Below, piece by piece: positions 25,790-35,960 of a stretch of 64,000 nt of DNA. The translations under genes were made by a program, and so were the position numbers. The DNA lies in IMG/VR virus record IMGVR_UViG_3300005918_000016; one strand, 5' to 3'. The number at the start of each line of letters is the position of its first letter. Within the stretch, counting starts at the first letter, position 1. The DNA is from a virus (lineage: Duplodnaviria > Heunggongvirae > Uroviricota > Caudoviricetes). Below the pieces are notes generated by a model that searched no databases, had not been told where the DNA came from, and was given only the letters and a program-made list of their open reading frames with translations.

Positions 25790-28060
25790 ATGAGCTATCC
25801 GACCCGTTCCGATGTGTCCCAGTGCTGTGCCGATTTTAAAGCGTGGCTTCGCAGGCAGGGGCTTGGGGGAAAACCCGCCAGGGACTACGCCCGATGTGTC
25901 CGGGCAGTAGAGAAACACACCTCTGGTTATTATTTCACCGCCGAAAATGTCGAGAAAGTGCTCAAGGTCAACACCCGTGTCTATCGGACAGCGTGGGCGG
26001 GCAAAAACGGTTTCATGGCCTACTGGGCGCAGCGGGAGAAAGAGGTGACCCAGGCCTGTGGTGTCCTGGACGTTCTGGCAGCAATGTCGGGTGGTGGGGC
26101 ACCAAAGCCGACCAAGGGGTCACCTATGAAGGTAGAACCCATCTCCCAGAAGGAGTTCGAGAAGATTTGTGGGGCACCGAAGCCGTCGCGTCAGCTTCCT
26201 GACTTCTCCCAGTTGGCAGAAGGCCACGTGGATGCCGTCAAAACGGATGACCAGGGTCACCTCCACGTCACTATGTGCATCGCTCGTAACAGTAACCTCG
26301 CCAAAATGGTGCTGGAGGGCCTCCCCCTGAGGTTGGTCCCGGCGGACCCGACCAAGCAGCCCCGATACACGGATGAGGATCTCCAGCAGGCACTGGAAGA
26401 GGACCGGGGGAAGGAGGGTCGTGCGGGTCGTGACTCCGCCCGGAACATCCTGAAAGAGATCATCGGCAGGTTGTTGGGGAAGACCAAGACGGAAGTCAAC
26501 GACATCGCTCGGTACTCCCACGCTAAGGACAACGAACTCAAGGACTTCATCCTGGAGTTGGTGCAGGCGCAGGCGTCCTACAGGAACGGACTGAACCTCG
26601 TCTACGAGACCCTGCTCGGGGCTGTCCCGGAGGATCTGGGGGACGGGGCGGGACGGAAGGCCCAGGCGATCCTGAAAGCGCTCCCTCAGAAGGATCTCAT
26701 CGAGGAGATCCTCGGGGATAAGCCTTCGGACGAATCGGGTCTGCTCACCTTCACCAACAGCCTCCTCATGGGGCTGGCCAGGGTGTTCGACACGTCGGAC
26801 GTGGACACGGGGATCGCTTGGAAGCCCGAGATGACGTCGGAACGGATCATCGAAAGCATCCACAGGATACGGACAAAACAGGAGAACGGCCTCGTTGTAG
26901 CGGCCCTGCGGCGGGTGGCCGAGAAGACCCTGGGCCTCAAACTCCCCCCCGGTTTGAGCCCTGAAATGTTGGAGCAGCACATCCAGCACAAGGTGTCTGA
27001 CTTGCAGGGGCTGTCCACCGGGGGTCGCCGGTGGGAACAGACCCTCTGGACTGTGTACCGGATGGTGGTAGAGTCTGCCCCTCCCGGTACGGCTTCCCCC
27101 GAGGGGATCATTGGAGCAGTCCAGGACAAGGTCAAAGCCATCCAGTCCGAGGCAGTCCAGTGGCGGGCCGCTCTTCTGAACATCATCCCGATGTTGGGAG
27201 GGGAACCCAACGGGGATGCGACCCCGCAGAGGGCGTTGGAGATCATCGGTGCCCTGCTCAAGGAACGGGATCTCAAAACGTTGCAAGCCGGGACGGGGAC
27301 ACCCACAGGAGCACCTGTCATGTGGGAACAGGCGCTTCGTTCCATTGCCGGTTTGATCGGGGGGGACGACTGGACTAACGCTGAAACCCCTGAGGAGATC
27401 CGGGACGAGACCGTAGCTCTGGTGCGATCCCTGGAGCAGCGGGAACGGTTGTGTGTCCTGTCCAAACTGGCAGGGATGATGGGCGACTCCTATATGGAGG
27501 TCGTGGACGATGCCGTTGGACCTGAGGGTGTGGGAGGTTCCCACCAGGATGTGGAACATGATGTCCTGGTGGCCCTTGTGAAGGCTGTCTCGCAGGACCG
27601 CACGGCACCCGAGGAGAAACCCTCGGGCCTCCCCTACAACCTGTTCAAGCTGGTCACCCTGCTTGGCAGTCCGCTGGTGGGGGACATCGCTTCGGCACCC
27701 AAGGAGGCGGGAACCACCGACGAGGCCAAGACCGAGTACATCGTCAACCTCATCGTTGAGCAGTGGAAGGAGATGGCTGGATGGCGACAGGCCATGCTCG
27801 ACCTGCGCCTCACGGACCTCAAGTACTATTGCCCCACTTTGTCGGAACAGGAGGTGGCAGTTGTCAGCCTCGTTGATGCCAAGAGGACCTTGAGCGAGGG
27901 CATCCGTAAACTCTTCCTGAGGAAGACCGCATCGCCAGTTTCCGCCGATCATGTCATTCTCGCAATGGCTGCTCGGTATGGTGAGAGGACGCACCTGGAG
28001 GTGCCCAAGTCTGCGGTGGACGATCTGTTGGGCACCCTCCAGGTACTGCTCAAAACTTGA
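25790..28060 (+). CDS. large protein with an N-terminal integrase-N/SAM-like domain (FKAWL...GFMAYW) and a long alpha-rich tail; member of a 4-gene family
   Basis: Shares the domain ending W-x-G-x-x-GF(M/L)A(Y/F)W with 45246, 58482 and 61136. GAGTAG at 25751 plus AGGAG RBS. Confidence 0.5.
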   Translation: MSYPTRSDVSQCCADFKAWLRRQGLGGKPARDYARCVRAVEKHTSGYYFTAENVEKVLKVNTRVYRTAWAGKNGFMAYWAQREKEVTQACGVLDVLAAMSGGGAPKPTKGSPMKVEPISQKEFEKICGAPKPSRQLPDFSQLAEGHVDAVKTDDQGHLHVTMCIARNSNLAKMVLEGLPLRLVPADPTKQPRYTDEDLQQALEEDRGKEGRAGRDSARNILKEIIGRLLGKTKTEVNDIARYSHAKDNELKDFILELVQAQASYRNGLNLVYETLLGAVPEDLGDGAGRKAQAILKALPQKDLIEEILGDKPSDESGLLTFTNSLLMGLARVFDTSDVDTGIAWKPEMTSERIIESIHRIRTKQENGLVVAALRRVAEKTLGLKLPPGLSPEMLEQHIQHKVSDLQGLSTGGRRWEQTLWTVYRMVVESAPPGTASPEGIIGAVQDKVKAIQSEAVQWRAALLNIIPMLGGEPNGDATPQRALEIIGALLKERDLKTLQAGTGTPTGAPVMWEQALRSIAGLIGGDDWTNAETPEEIRDETVALVRSLEQRERLCVLSKLAGMMGDSYMEVVDDAVGPEGVGGSHQDVEHDVLVALVKAVSQDRTAPEEKPSGLPYNLFKLVTLLGSPLVGDIASAPKEAGTTDEAKTEYIVNLIVEQWKEMAGWRQAMLDLRLTDLKYYCPTLSEQEVAVVSLVDAKRTLSEGIRKLFLRKTASPVSADHVILAMAARYGERTHLEVPKSAVDDLLGTLQVLLKT

Positions 28061-28078
28061 ACCAATGGGAGCAACACC

Positions 28079-28291
28079 ATGAGCGACAACAAGCCTTTCG
28101 AGAGTAAGTTCAACAACTGCATGGTCCTCTGCCGGAAGATCATCGACAACACCGGGGACGCCGTCGTGGTGTCCCTGGACGGCTACCTCCTCGCTCCCTT
28201 GGAGGACGTCCCCATGGAGGTTCTGCAGAGCCTCTTCCCCAACTGTAACACCCCCCGGATCCCCGGACAGAACAACAAGACGACGGTTTGA
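28079..28291 (+). CDS. hypothetical protein
   Basis: GGGAG RBS. Confidence 0.4.
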   Translation: MSDNKPFESKFNNCMVLCRKIIDNTGDAVVVSLDGYLLAPLEDVPMEVLQSLFPNCNTPRIPGQNNKTTV

Positions 28292-28662
28292 GCCTCCTCG
28301 AAACACTCCAGAACGTAGACTGCGCCACGCCGTGCCTGAAGTGTGGTCGCCACCTTGAATGGAACAGGCACGCCCACCATGTGGAGGGCAATGACTTGGT
28401 CCTGGGTTGCCCCGACTGTAGTAAAGGGACGGAAGGCCTCCCCTGCCATCACCGTACTGTTCTGGGGGCAACTCCGCCGAGAGATCCTCGGAAGATCATC
28501 CTCGGACATTCGGGAGTAGACCCTGTGAGGAGGAAGGATGGGCAGGTTGCTTCAGTTCGAAGATGGTGTACTCCGCAGGAAACTCCAAGAGTTGCTCATC
28601 AGCGTCGACCGGCTCGACTTCAAATTCCTCCGTTTCTTCACCATTTGTGTCGGGTGTGGTAA
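28288..28662 (+). CDS. Cys-rich zinc-ribbon protein (TTG start; 3' end overlaps the next gene, extent uncertain)
   Basis: CLKCGRH...CPDC. Confidence 0.3.
   Translation: MSLLETLQNVDCATPCLKCGRHLEWNRHAHHVEGNDLVLGCPDCSKGTEGLPCHHRTVLGATPPRDPRKIILGHSGVDPVRRKDGQVASVRRWCTPQETPRVAHQRRPARLQIPPFLHHLCRVW
28492..28519 (+). promoter_or_regulatory. AAGATCATC-N13-GAGTAG motif
   Basis: 13-nt spacer; GAGGAGGAAGG; ATG at 28538. Confidence 0.5.
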
Positions 28663-28753
28663 ACCCATCAGACCTCGCAGGGGTCCACGGGGCAGCGAGT
28701 CGTTGCTGTGCCCGGACTGTGCCGAGAAGGAGCCACCCGATGCCCTTAAATGA
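28538..28753 (+). CDS. zinc-ribbon small protein
   Basis: CVGCG...CPDC. Confidence 0.45.
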   Translation: MGRLLQFEDGVLRRKLQELLISVDRLDFKFLRFFTICVGCGKPIRPRRGPRGSESLLCPDCAEKEPPDALK

Positions 28754-28931
28754 AACCCGTCAGGTCATGGTGGCCACCTATTCTTGTGGTCATTCAGCAC
28801 AGTTTACGGGGGCTTATCCGTTGGTGGGTGACCCCACCACCTGTATGCACTGCCTGAAAGAGGTCGTTGTGACTGAACTCCACAAGGAGTTCGTTCCTCG
28901 GCCACCCAAGGTGTTCTGGAGGAACACATGA
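28740..28931 (+). CDS. Cys-containing small protein
   Basis: Start overlaps the upstream stop. Confidence 0.35.
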   Translation: MPLNETRQVMVATYSCGHSAQFTGAYPLVGDPTTCMHCLKEVVVTELHKEFVPRPPKVFWRNT

Positions 28932-29239
28932 AAACCGCAGACGGCGTCGAGATCGTGTTGGGGGAAACCACAGGCTACATAATAAGCGAGGACGAGAAGA
29001 CCCTCTTGTCGTTCGTTCTCCGGCCCTCCACAGGTGGGGAAAAGGTTGCCCGTGTTGCGACCCCCGATGGGAAGGGCAGCATCGGGACCATTTCAGTGTA
29101 CTCTGACCCCAAGCCCCTGCTCCTGGCCCACATCGCCAAGATGGACGGGTGCATCACTGAAACGTCCACAAAGCTGACCGGCTTCCAAAAACGAAAGAGC
29201 GTCTTCGCCCGGCTGTTGGCGGAAACGACGCAGTCATGA
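28928..29239 (+). CDS. hypothetical protein
   Basis: ATGA overlap; GGAGG. Confidence 0.4.
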   Translation: MKTADGVEIVLGETTGYIISEDEKTLLSFVLRPSTGGEKVARVATPDGKGSIGTISVYSDPKPLLLAHIAKMDGCITETSTKLTGFQKRKSVFARLLAETTQS

Positions 29240-29484
29240 GCCTTTCGAACCCAATGAGCGTCATGCTCATCCTTACGGCCAATTACGGCGGCAAATGGAC
29301 GTACAATCGCAAGCAGACTCAATGGGACTGCGATGACGGACGATACGTCCAACAACGTCCGGGTGAGGACAATGATCACCCGGACGTGTGGCACCTCCAC
29401 AGGGACGGGGACGACCCAGTACTGCTAGTAGCACCTACGATAGAGGGGCTGAGACGGGCTGTTCATCGGCTTGACGGAGGTTGA
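29236..29484 (+). CDS. hypothetical protein
   Basis: ATGA overlap. Confidence 0.4.
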   Translation: MSLSNPMSVMLILTANYGGKWTYNRKQTQWDCDDGRYVQQRPGEDNDHPDVWHLHRDGDDPVLLVAPTIEGLRRAVHRLDGG

Positions 29485-29485
29485 A

Positions 29486-29845
29486 ATGGACGAGTTCCTG
29501 GCACTGTGTGTGGAGTACCTGGAGGAGAACAAGGCTGCTGGGATCAACCCCCAGAAGCCCGTGATGTTCGTGGACCGGGGTGATGCCGTTGGGATGTACC
29601 ATAAAGGCACCCTGAGGCAGATCCTGGAGCAGGCGCTGGCCAAGGAAATGCACACCGCAGTCAGGGCAGCGACCTTCACCAAGCGGGAGGACGATGCCTG
29701 GGTGGTGGCGCTTCTCCCCCATTTCCCCCTTACGGGTTGGGAACACAGGATCTACCCCACGAACTCCAACGGAGTCCCTGATCTGAACGACGTCTTCATC
29801 CCCAATGACTTGATCCAGGAGGCCGTAGATGCGTTGGAAAAGTAA
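29486..29845 (+). CDS. hypothetical protein
   Basis: GGAGG 6 nt before ATG. Confidence 0.4.
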   Translation: MDEFLALCVEYLEENKAAGINPQKPVMFVDRGDAVGMYHKGTLRQILEQALAKEMHTAVRAATFTKREDDAWVVALLPHFPLTGWEHRIYPTNSNGVPDLNDVFIPNDLIQEAVDALEK

Positions 29846-30050
29846 AGCGTCACAGAACCCCCACGAACCGTTCAAGCTGGTCTTCGTCTGGAGTGCTAGG
29901 GAGTGTCTCGCCTGCGGTGGGAACTTCTTGTTGGAACGGATGTACATCCACACCCAGGTGAACGAGGGCGGTGGCATCTCTGAGACATGCTACTGCAAAG
30001 GGTGCGGGAACATCCCTGATCGTCTCGTCCTGGCCAAAGGGGACGACTAA
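29829..30050 (+). CDS. zinc-ribbon small protein (CLACGG...CKGCG)
   Basis: ORF with paired CxxC. Confidence 0.35.
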   Translation: MRWKSKASQNPHEPFKLVFVWSARECLACGGNFLLERMYIHTQVNEGGGISETCYCKGCGNIPDRLVLAKGDD

Positions 30051-30472
30051 TGGCCTTCTGGATCACGGACATGCTCAATGGTTCGGCAACAAAGGACGAG
30101 ATGCTCTCTCGTGGGGTGATCATCCTCCAAAAAGGGCAGTTGACACACCCCTATGATGGTGGCAGTCACCACTATCAGGTAGGGAACACCCGGATCAACA
30201 AACATGGGAATCTTCAGTTTTGGGTGACACCCTACAGGAGTTCCTTCCAAACACCCCTCATCGTCACCTTAGGTTTATGTGCGGGCCTGAGTATGGGATG
30301 GCTCAATGGCAAAGCACCTGACTGGTGGACCCTTGGCCTTTGTATTGGGCTGGTGCTGGCGACCAGCGGTCTGGAAAAAGGCATCTACTGGGGGATCATT
30401 GGGCGGCACAAGAAGGAATGGTTGGACAAGTTCCTTCGGGATAATGGGTTCCCACCCCCTTCGGAGGAGTAA
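30050..30472 (+). CDS. membrane protein
   Basis: TAATG overlap; TM helices. Confidence 0.4.
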   Translation: MAFWITDMLNGSATKDEMLSRGVIILQKGQLTHPYDGGSHHYQVGNTRINKHGNLQFWVTPYRSSFQTPLIVTLGLCAGLSMGWLNGKAPDWWTLGLCIGLVLATSGLEKGIYWGIIGRHKKEWLDKFLRDNGFPPPSEE

Positions 30473-30730
30473 ATGAGAAAACTCACCAAGCAAATGGTGG
30501 AGACCACGGTTATCACCGAAATCAAATGTGACCTGTGCGGTAAAGACATCGGACCCACAGCGGAAGATGAGTTGGATGCTCAGGAAGCCATCACCATCTG
30601 TTTTACCGGGGGCTATAGCTCGGTCTTCGGGGACATGGAGACCTTCAGGGCCGATCTGTGTCAGCATTGCCTGCATAAAAGACTCGGGGACGTGCTACGT
30701 CCCGTAGAGCAGGAGGAGGAAGAGGACTGA
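30473..30730 (+). CDS. zinc-ribbon small protein
   Basis: GGAGGAG RBS; CDLCG...CQHC. Confidence 0.4.
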   Translation: MRKLTKQMVETTVITEIKCDLCGKDIGPTAEDELDAQEAITICFTGGYSSVFGDMETFRADLCQHCLHKRLGDVLRPVEQEEEED

Positions 30731-31158
30731 TGGCTACCTGGATTGGGGTGTCACCCTGGATGGTGGAGGAACGGGGGCTAACCCCTTTGAACCTGGGGCT
30801 GCAGTCCCTCAACAGGGGGCACGCCACCCTCGACGGGACCAAGTTCACGGTGTACGACGCTGAGATGAAGGAGGGAGCGTTAAGACTCCTGGTCATCCCC
30901 TGGACCTCTCCCTTCCGTGGCATAATCTTCATTACGGTAGGGGTCCTCATCGGGACGGTCCTGGGGGCCATTGCCAAACTGAACATAAACTGGTGGTGGC
31001 CCGTGCTGACCTGGGTGATGTGTTCCCTTCTTTCCCTCGGGTCTGAGTTCGGGGCTGACTGGTGGTTCCGAGGCCGACACGTCAAGGAACGGAGAGCCAA
31101 GCTGTTGTTCCAGAACGACGGGATGGCCCTGATTGATCAGGAGGAAACCGATGGGTGA
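30730..31158 (+). CDS. membrane protein
   Basis: TM helices. Confidence 0.4.
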   Translation: MATWIGVSPWMVEERGLTPLNLGLQSLNRGHATLDGTKFTVYDAEMKEGALRLLVIPWTSPFRGIIFITVGVLIGTVLGAIAKLNINWWWPVLTWVMCSLLSLGSEFGADWWFRGRHVKERRAKLLFQNDGMALIDQEETDG

Positions 31159-31360
31159 CCTGATTGAAGCGCTCCAGATCCTCAAAGAGTACGGGAACCC
31201 ACAGTCTCCCACGTGTTGCGGACACGACATTCTCTACGTCGGTATCGATCCCGAAGATGTGTCCGAGGATGACACAGCAAAACTGAACAAACTGGGCTTC
31301 CATGCTGCTGAGATTGGTAGTGAGTGCTGCTTCAAATCTTTCCGGTTCGGGTCGTATTGA
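31151..31360 (+). CDS. hypothetical protein
   Basis: GAGGAAA RBS. Confidence 0.35.
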   Translation: MGDLIEALQILKEYGNPQSPTCCGHDILYVGIDPEDVSEDDTAKLNKLGFHAAEIGSECCFKSFRFGSY

Positions 31361-31377
31361 CAGAAGGAGAACTAGAA

Positions 31378-31787
31378 TGGCACAGAGGAGCTTCTACAAG
31401 GTCGTTTCCGTAGCAGGCGAAGGCAAACTCTATTCCGCCGCCGTCCGATGTCGGGGCTGGCGGAAACGGTACATCCCGAACCGTTGGGCTGAGGCCGAGA
31501 CTGGTCTCTTTGTGTTCAGAACTCTTTATGATGCCAAAGTCTTCTGTAGCAGTGAGAAATTCAAGGATGACACCGAGATCTGGCAGTGTCAGACCGAGAA
31601 GTCCATCCGGGTAAAGACCCACATCCTGGGTTACGTCGTAAAGGGAAGACCCAAGGATTTCAAAGCCTTCTGGGATGTTATGCGAAAGCCCCTCAAATGG
31701 GGTTGGAACTGGTCCTTCCCTTTCCTGCGTACCACGCCCAAGGGGACGGCGATGTACAAGCGAGTCAAGCTCCTCGAACGGGTTTAG
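31378..31787 (+). CDS. AYKVV/GLFVF family protein (paralog of 52564, 52956 and 57211)
   Basis: SFYKVV...GLFVFRT...TPKGTAMYKRVKLLERV pattern; GAAGGAG RBS. Confidence 0.5.
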
Positions 31788-31794
31788 AGCTATG

Positions 31795-32304
31795 TTGATG
31801 AGGGAGCGGCAGCACGAAGCAATCCTGTGGCCTAACGAACGCTATCCCGAGAGCCATGTTGTTCGTGAGGGTGGCGGCAGGTTCTGTGTCCCGATGGAGC
31901 AAGGAGATCATGGGAGGCTTTTCGTTTCCGTCCGTCCCGTACAACCCAAAGGTGACCTGATGAGGACCATCGACGTGCACAACAAACACCCCGTCCGCAT
32001 CACCCTCACGGATAAGGGGCGGGTGCGTCTCCGTCAGGGCAAAGCTGACATTATATACGCCCCGTCAACGGCACGGGCTTGGGCCTGTCAGTTGTTGCAA
32101 CTGGCTGCACTTGAAGCCCCCAACCGGGATGGTGAGCGGGTGATCCGGCGGGGGACGTGGGACGGTTCAGTGAATGTCCACACCAAACGGTGGGAAATGG
32201 TAACCCGTAGTAATAGCCTCCGGTTCACGGGAGTCGGATACGACACGATCTGGATGGTACAGGAAGCGATCAAGACAGCCTGCACCCAGGCTGTAAGGAG
32301 ATGA
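31795..32304 (+). CDS. hypothetical protein
   Basis: ORF. Confidence 0.4.
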   Translation: MMRERQHEAILWPNERYPESHVVREGGGRFCVPMEQGDHGRLFVSVRPVQPKGDLMRTIDVHNKHPVRITLTDKGRVRLRQGKADIIYAPSTARAWACQLLQLAALEAPNRDGERVIRRGTWDGSVNVHTKRWEMVTRSNSLRFTGVGYDTIWMVQEAIKTACTQAVRR

Positions 32305-32600
32305 CGATGAGTAGGGAACGACCGACCGATGCTGAAATTCAAGAGGCTTTCAACGTACTGGGCGCAGCCGCTCTCGTTACGATGCCCACACCTTGCACGG
32401 TCAACCCCCTGACGGAGACAGGTCGAACACTGATGACAGCAATCCAGGGGATGCAGGAAGAACTGGAAGCTCGCCGTTTCGTAATGGCTGAACTTAGTGG
32501 TTGGGACAGGTGCCTCAGTGACTCAAAGCTGGCTACCAGGTTCGTGGTTGCCCAGAACAGGCTCAGGAAAGTCCACAACGAGCACCTCCCACCGGACTAG
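32301..32600 (+). CDS. hypothetical protein
   Basis: AAGGAG; ATGA overlap. Confidence 0.4.
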   Translation: MTMSRERPTDAEIQEAFNVLGAAALVTMPTPCTVNPLTETGRTLMTAIQGMQEELEARRFVMAELSGWDRCLSDSKLATRFVVAQNRLRKVHNEHLPPD

Positions 32601-32601
32601 A

Positions 32602-32629
32602 GAGATTATCGGTGCCTCTGTCTGAGTAG
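32602..32629 (+). promoter_or_regulatory. GAGATTATC-N13-GAGTAG motif variant
   Basis: 13-nt spacer; AGGAGG; ATG at 32647. Confidence 0.45.
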
Positions 32630-32646
32630 ACAGGGTAGGAGGCTTC

Positions 32647-32985
32647 ATGGCTGCACAAGAAACAAGGTACATCACCGTTCGGTACTGTACAGGTCACTCC
32701 TGGGGCCACTCAGCCTGGGTCCTCGTCGTCCTGGAAATCACGCCGGGATCAACCCTCAAGAAGGAGATGGAACTACTCCGGGACAGAATTGGCCAGGAGT
32801 GCAACTGGTCAGATCAGTACCGGGGAACCACGGTCGAGGCTGTTCTCGATGCGTACCTCACGGAGGAGTGGCTCCAGCGTCAGATCGAGGCGGGGGACAA
32901 AACCATCAGGAAAGCCACCGCCCAGGTCACCCACTTCCGGGGTATCCTGGAGCAGCAATACCCACCCAAGGACTCTGACGAGTAG
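32647..32985 (+). CDS. hypothetical protein
   Basis: Motif plus RBS. GAGTAG at 32980 overlaps the stop. Confidence 0.45.
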   Translation: MAAQETRYITVRYCTGHSWGHSAWVLVVLEITPGSTLKKEMELLRDRIGQECNWSDQYRGTTVEAVLDAYLTEEWLQRQIEAGDKTIRKATAQVTHFRGILEQQYPPKDSDE

Positions 32986-33004
32986 ACGGGATAGGAGGAA
33001 CACA

Positions 33005-33154
33005 ATGGCCCACGAGTATGAATCCAAGCGAGCGACGGTCAAGGTCCTGCGTGCCGACAACTTCCTGGTTATCGTGACCGAAGACGGCGACATCTACTAT
33101 TGCAAGCGCACGGGTACGCTCAAACACGTCGTCGGGGGCACCAAGGGTGCATGA
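33005..33154 (+). CDS. small hypothetical protein (49 aa)
   Basis: AGGAGG RBS. Confidence 0.35.
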   Translation: MAHEYESKRATVKVLRADNFLVIVTEDGDIYYCKRTGTLKHVVGGTKGA

Positions 33155-33232
33155 GCAGCAACCAAAAACCTACCTGACTCTCCTTTTTTCTCGGTGATCC
33201 TTTTATAACCTCCACGTTGGTATAGTGGAGGC

Positions 33233-33439
33233 ATGAAACGAACCATGATCGTCCGAGTGACCACAACCGAATTTGAAACGTCTGATGGACGGGTGATCCC
33301 ACACCCCATTCCGTTTGATCCCGATGAGGTGCCTACCGTCGAAGAGTTCCAACAACAGTACAACAGGTGGCGCAAGGTCTTTGAAGATCAAGGACTGGTG
33401 TTTCCCATACCTGATGCGGGAGATGAGGATGCTGACTGA
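33233..33439 (+). CDS. hypothetical protein
   Basis: Preceded by the hairpin CCTCCAC...GTGGAGG. Confidence 0.3.
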   Translation: MKRTMIVRVTTTEFETSDGRVIPHPIPFDPDEVPTVEEFQQQYNRWRKVFEDQGLVFPIPDAGDEDAD

Positions 33440-34070
33440 TCGTCTCCTAGCTCTCACCAAAGCAGCCGAAGCTCTTGGTGTTCACCGGAATACGCTTCGG
33501 GACTGGGCTGATGAAGACAAGATCCCTCACGTTCGCACCGTGGGTGGGCATCGCCGTTTCAAGCAATCAGACATTGACAGGTTGCTGGGCAATCTCCCAA
33601 TCGATAAACAGCAAACGGAACGAGTTGTTATCTACTGCCGTGTGTCCAGCCACGATCAGAAAAAGTCAGGCGATCTTGAACGTCAGGCTGGACGGGTCAC
33701 GATACACAGCATCACGAAGCAGTACAAGTTGGTCGAAGTGCTTCAAGACGTTGGGTCGGGCATGTCAGACACACGCCCAAAACTCCGAAAGTTGTTCAAA
33801 CTGGTCAATGCCCATGAAATAGATAGGGTGGTTGTTGAACACAAAGACCGCCTGACTCGCTTCGGGTTCAATCTGGTCAATGCTTACTTCAACAGTCATG
33901 GTGTCACCATCGAGTGGACACAAGAAGTCCTTGGCAAAGGCTATCAGGAAGAGTTGGTCGAAGACATTTTGACGCTCATGTCGTCGTTCTCCGCTAAGAT
34001 TTATGGCAAACGTTCGGCAGAACGACGTAAGGCCAAGAAAGCAGCAGAAGCGGCAGAGACAGTCAAATGA
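33424..34070 (+). CDS. tnpA: IS607-type TnpA (MerR-like HTH plus serine recombinase)
   Basis: N-terminal HTH (LGVHRNTLRDWADEDKIP); VVIYCRVSSHDQ catalytic-Ser region; resolvase fold motifs. Confidence 0.75.
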
Positions 34071-35491
34071 AATGTCGCATCTTCCGACTTCATAAAGATA
34101 CCAATCAGTCCAAAATCGACAAGTTGGAAGTCCTACACAATGCCTACGTCAAGTACGTCCGTATCTGCGTACAAACGATGCTTGACCAGCGGGTCTATAA
34201 TCTCCCGAAAGCCGCCAAACAAACGTTCTTCCCACGGGCCACCAACCTTACGTCTCAGATCGAAAAGAACGCACGAGACCATGCAATACAAATCGTGAGC
34301 GCTTGGGCGAAAGCTACTTATGCTCGTAAGTTGAAGCCAACCATTACCAACCTTAAGCATGACGGTACCCTTACCGATCAGGATGCCAAAGCACTCTATG
34401 TCATCGGATTGAAGTCCATCAGTAAACCGTGGAAAGTTATTACTCAAGACCATCTCGACGCCTACCACACCCTGTTGGACACCTACGGAGGTAATAAGCC
34501 TATCGTAAGAAACAACCTACCCATGAGGTTGTCGGAGATGACGGCTCGATTGGAAGATACATCGAAGGCCCCTCTCGGGGATTTCTGGCTGAGAGTATCC
34601 TCGTTAGAAGCTCGTAAGTCCGTCTGGTTACCCCTCGTTGGGAATCCTTACATCCAACAGGCTGATCAGGTCAGTAAAGGCATTTCGGTCCGCAAGACCA
34701 AGCGAGGCTTCTGGCGCTTTGAAGCTGTCAGCAAGGCCGAGTGGGCCGTTCCTGAAGCACAGGAGGGTTGGCCTAAGTTGGGCGTTGACGTTGGTCTGAA
34801 CGTCCTTGCAGCTACCTCAGATGGAGTGACCTATGGTGAGCACGTCAAGCCCAAATTCGATAAGCTCTATGCTCGTGTCAGAAATCTCCGAGCAAATCGC
34901 CAACGACAGGATTTGAAAGACAACAGTCCAAGGTTAGATCACCTTGAGAGCAAGTTGAGTGGGTTGATCAAGACAGAAACGGGTCGTGTGGTGAATACCC
35001 TCATCGCCCGTCATCCCGAGACGGTGTTCGTAGTCGAAGATCTTGATCTTCGAGGTTGCCGGGGTCAAAAGCGGTTCGCTTACAGGGCGTTACAGATCAA
35101 CTTGGAAAGGAAGGCTCCAACAAAGAAAGTGAACCCTGCTTACACGTCGCAGGAGTGTCCTTCTTGTGGTTATGTTCATCGAGGAAACCGAAGTTCAATA
35201 AGGTTCCGTTGCCGCTGTTGTGGCAGGAAGGCTCACGCTGATTGGGTAGGAAGTGCTGGTGTGCTCAGACGTTCTGGGAACGAACACATTGGAACTGGTG
35301 ATCACCCACGAGGCGTAAAACGAGTGCTGAGAGAGCGATTCCGTCTTCGACGGACCAGTTCCTTGGGATTCGGGCGAAAAGAGCAACCGTCATTCGAGCC
35401 CTTACCGTTGGGCCGGAGGCTTACTACCGTTGGATCAGATTCGTCTGGCAGCGGCACAGCTTCAAACTTGATGCCTAGTAGATTCAAGTAG
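34067..35491 (+). CDS. tnpB: TnpB (RuvC-like, zinc finger)
   Basis: GVDVGLN (RuvC-I), VVEDL (RuvC-II), CPSCG...CRCCG ZnF, HADWVGSAG (RuvC-III). About 90% identical to the 54106-55572 copy. Confidence 0.85.
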   Translation: MKCRIFRLHKDTNQSKIDKLEVLHNAYVKYVRICVQTMLDQRVYNLPKAAKQTFFPRATNLTSQIEKNARDHAIQIVSAWAKATYARKLKPTITNLKHDGTLTDQDAKALYVIGLKSISKPWKVITQDHLDAYHTLLDTYGGNKPIVRNNLPMRLSEMTARLEDTSKAPLGDFWLRVSSLEARKSVWLPLVGNPYIQQADQVSKGISVRKTKRGFWRFEAVSKAEWAVPEAQEGWPKLGVDVGLNVLAATSDGVTYGEHVKPKFDKLYARVRNLRANRQRQDLKDNSPRLDHLESKLSGLIKTETGRVVNTLIARHPETVFVVEDLDLRGCRGQKRFAYRALQINLERKAPTKKVNPAYTSQECPSCGYVHRGNRSSIRFRCRCCGRKAHADWVGSAGVLRRSGNEHIGTGDHPRGVKRVLRERFRLRRTSSLGFGRKEQPSFEPLPLGRRLTTVGSDSSGSGTASNLMPSRFK

Positions 35492-35506
35492 GTTTTGAGG
35501 AACGGT
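35221..35506 (+). ncRNA. omegaRNA-like scaffold overlapping the tnpB 3' end
   Basis: Conserved block shared with three other copies. Confidence 0.55.
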
Positions 35507-35702
35507 TTACGCCACCCTCTCCATCTGTGTAAGAGACTTGGTGCAAACCCTGGACCCGAATGCTTTCATCCTGCATCACGACATCAAACACCCGCTGATC
35601 AGGGCTCTCCTGGCCAGCGGACTTTTCGAGGACACGGGTAAGGTCGCAAGCTACGGGTTCGTCTTTGATCGGCCCGTGTGGAAACTACTTAAGGAGGACT
35701 GA

Positions 35703-35955
35703 AATGCCACTTCTCGTCGCCATCGTTATCATCCTCGTCGCAGTCGGGGCATACTTCTTCGTCCGTTGGATCCTGGGCCTACGTGCGGACGCAAAGGGCG
35801 CACGCCAAGCCACGGACCTGATCATGCGGGACGCCGTCGCTGATGTCCACAAGGCCCTGGAGGACATGCGGTCCACTGCCGGGGACGTGAAGGTCGACAA
35901 AGCCGTCCGGGTGCTCAACATCTTGGTCCAGGAATACAACCGCCGCCAGAGGTAG
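35703..35955 (+). CDS. small membrane protein
   Basis: AAGGAGG RBS; TM helix. Confidence 0.45.
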
Positions 35956-35960
35956 CTGCC

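Larger units (their letters stand above)
33200..35506 (+). mobile_element. IS607-family element (serine-recombinase tnpA plus tnpB); left boundary approximate
   Basis: tnpA and tnpB are adjacent with overlapping stop/start. Right end ...GGTTTTGAGGAACGGT at 35506. Confidence 0.7.

Noticed and set aside
26120-28471. 783-aa minus-strand ORF antisense to 25790-28060; similarly 61439-62734 (-), 59574-61085 (-), 1433-2083 (-) and 4201-5421 (-)
   Set aside because: These are long stop-free antisense frames typical of high-GC coding DNA. They have low-complexity Arg/Gly/Pro-rich composition, no RBS or motif, and overlap well-supported sense genes.
33315-33423. N-terminal 36 codons of track ORF 33315-34070 (MIPMRCLPSKSS...)
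   Set aside because: They overlap the upstream ORF 33233-33439. TnpA homology begins at MLTDRLLALTKAAEALGVHRNTL, so the start was moved to 33424.
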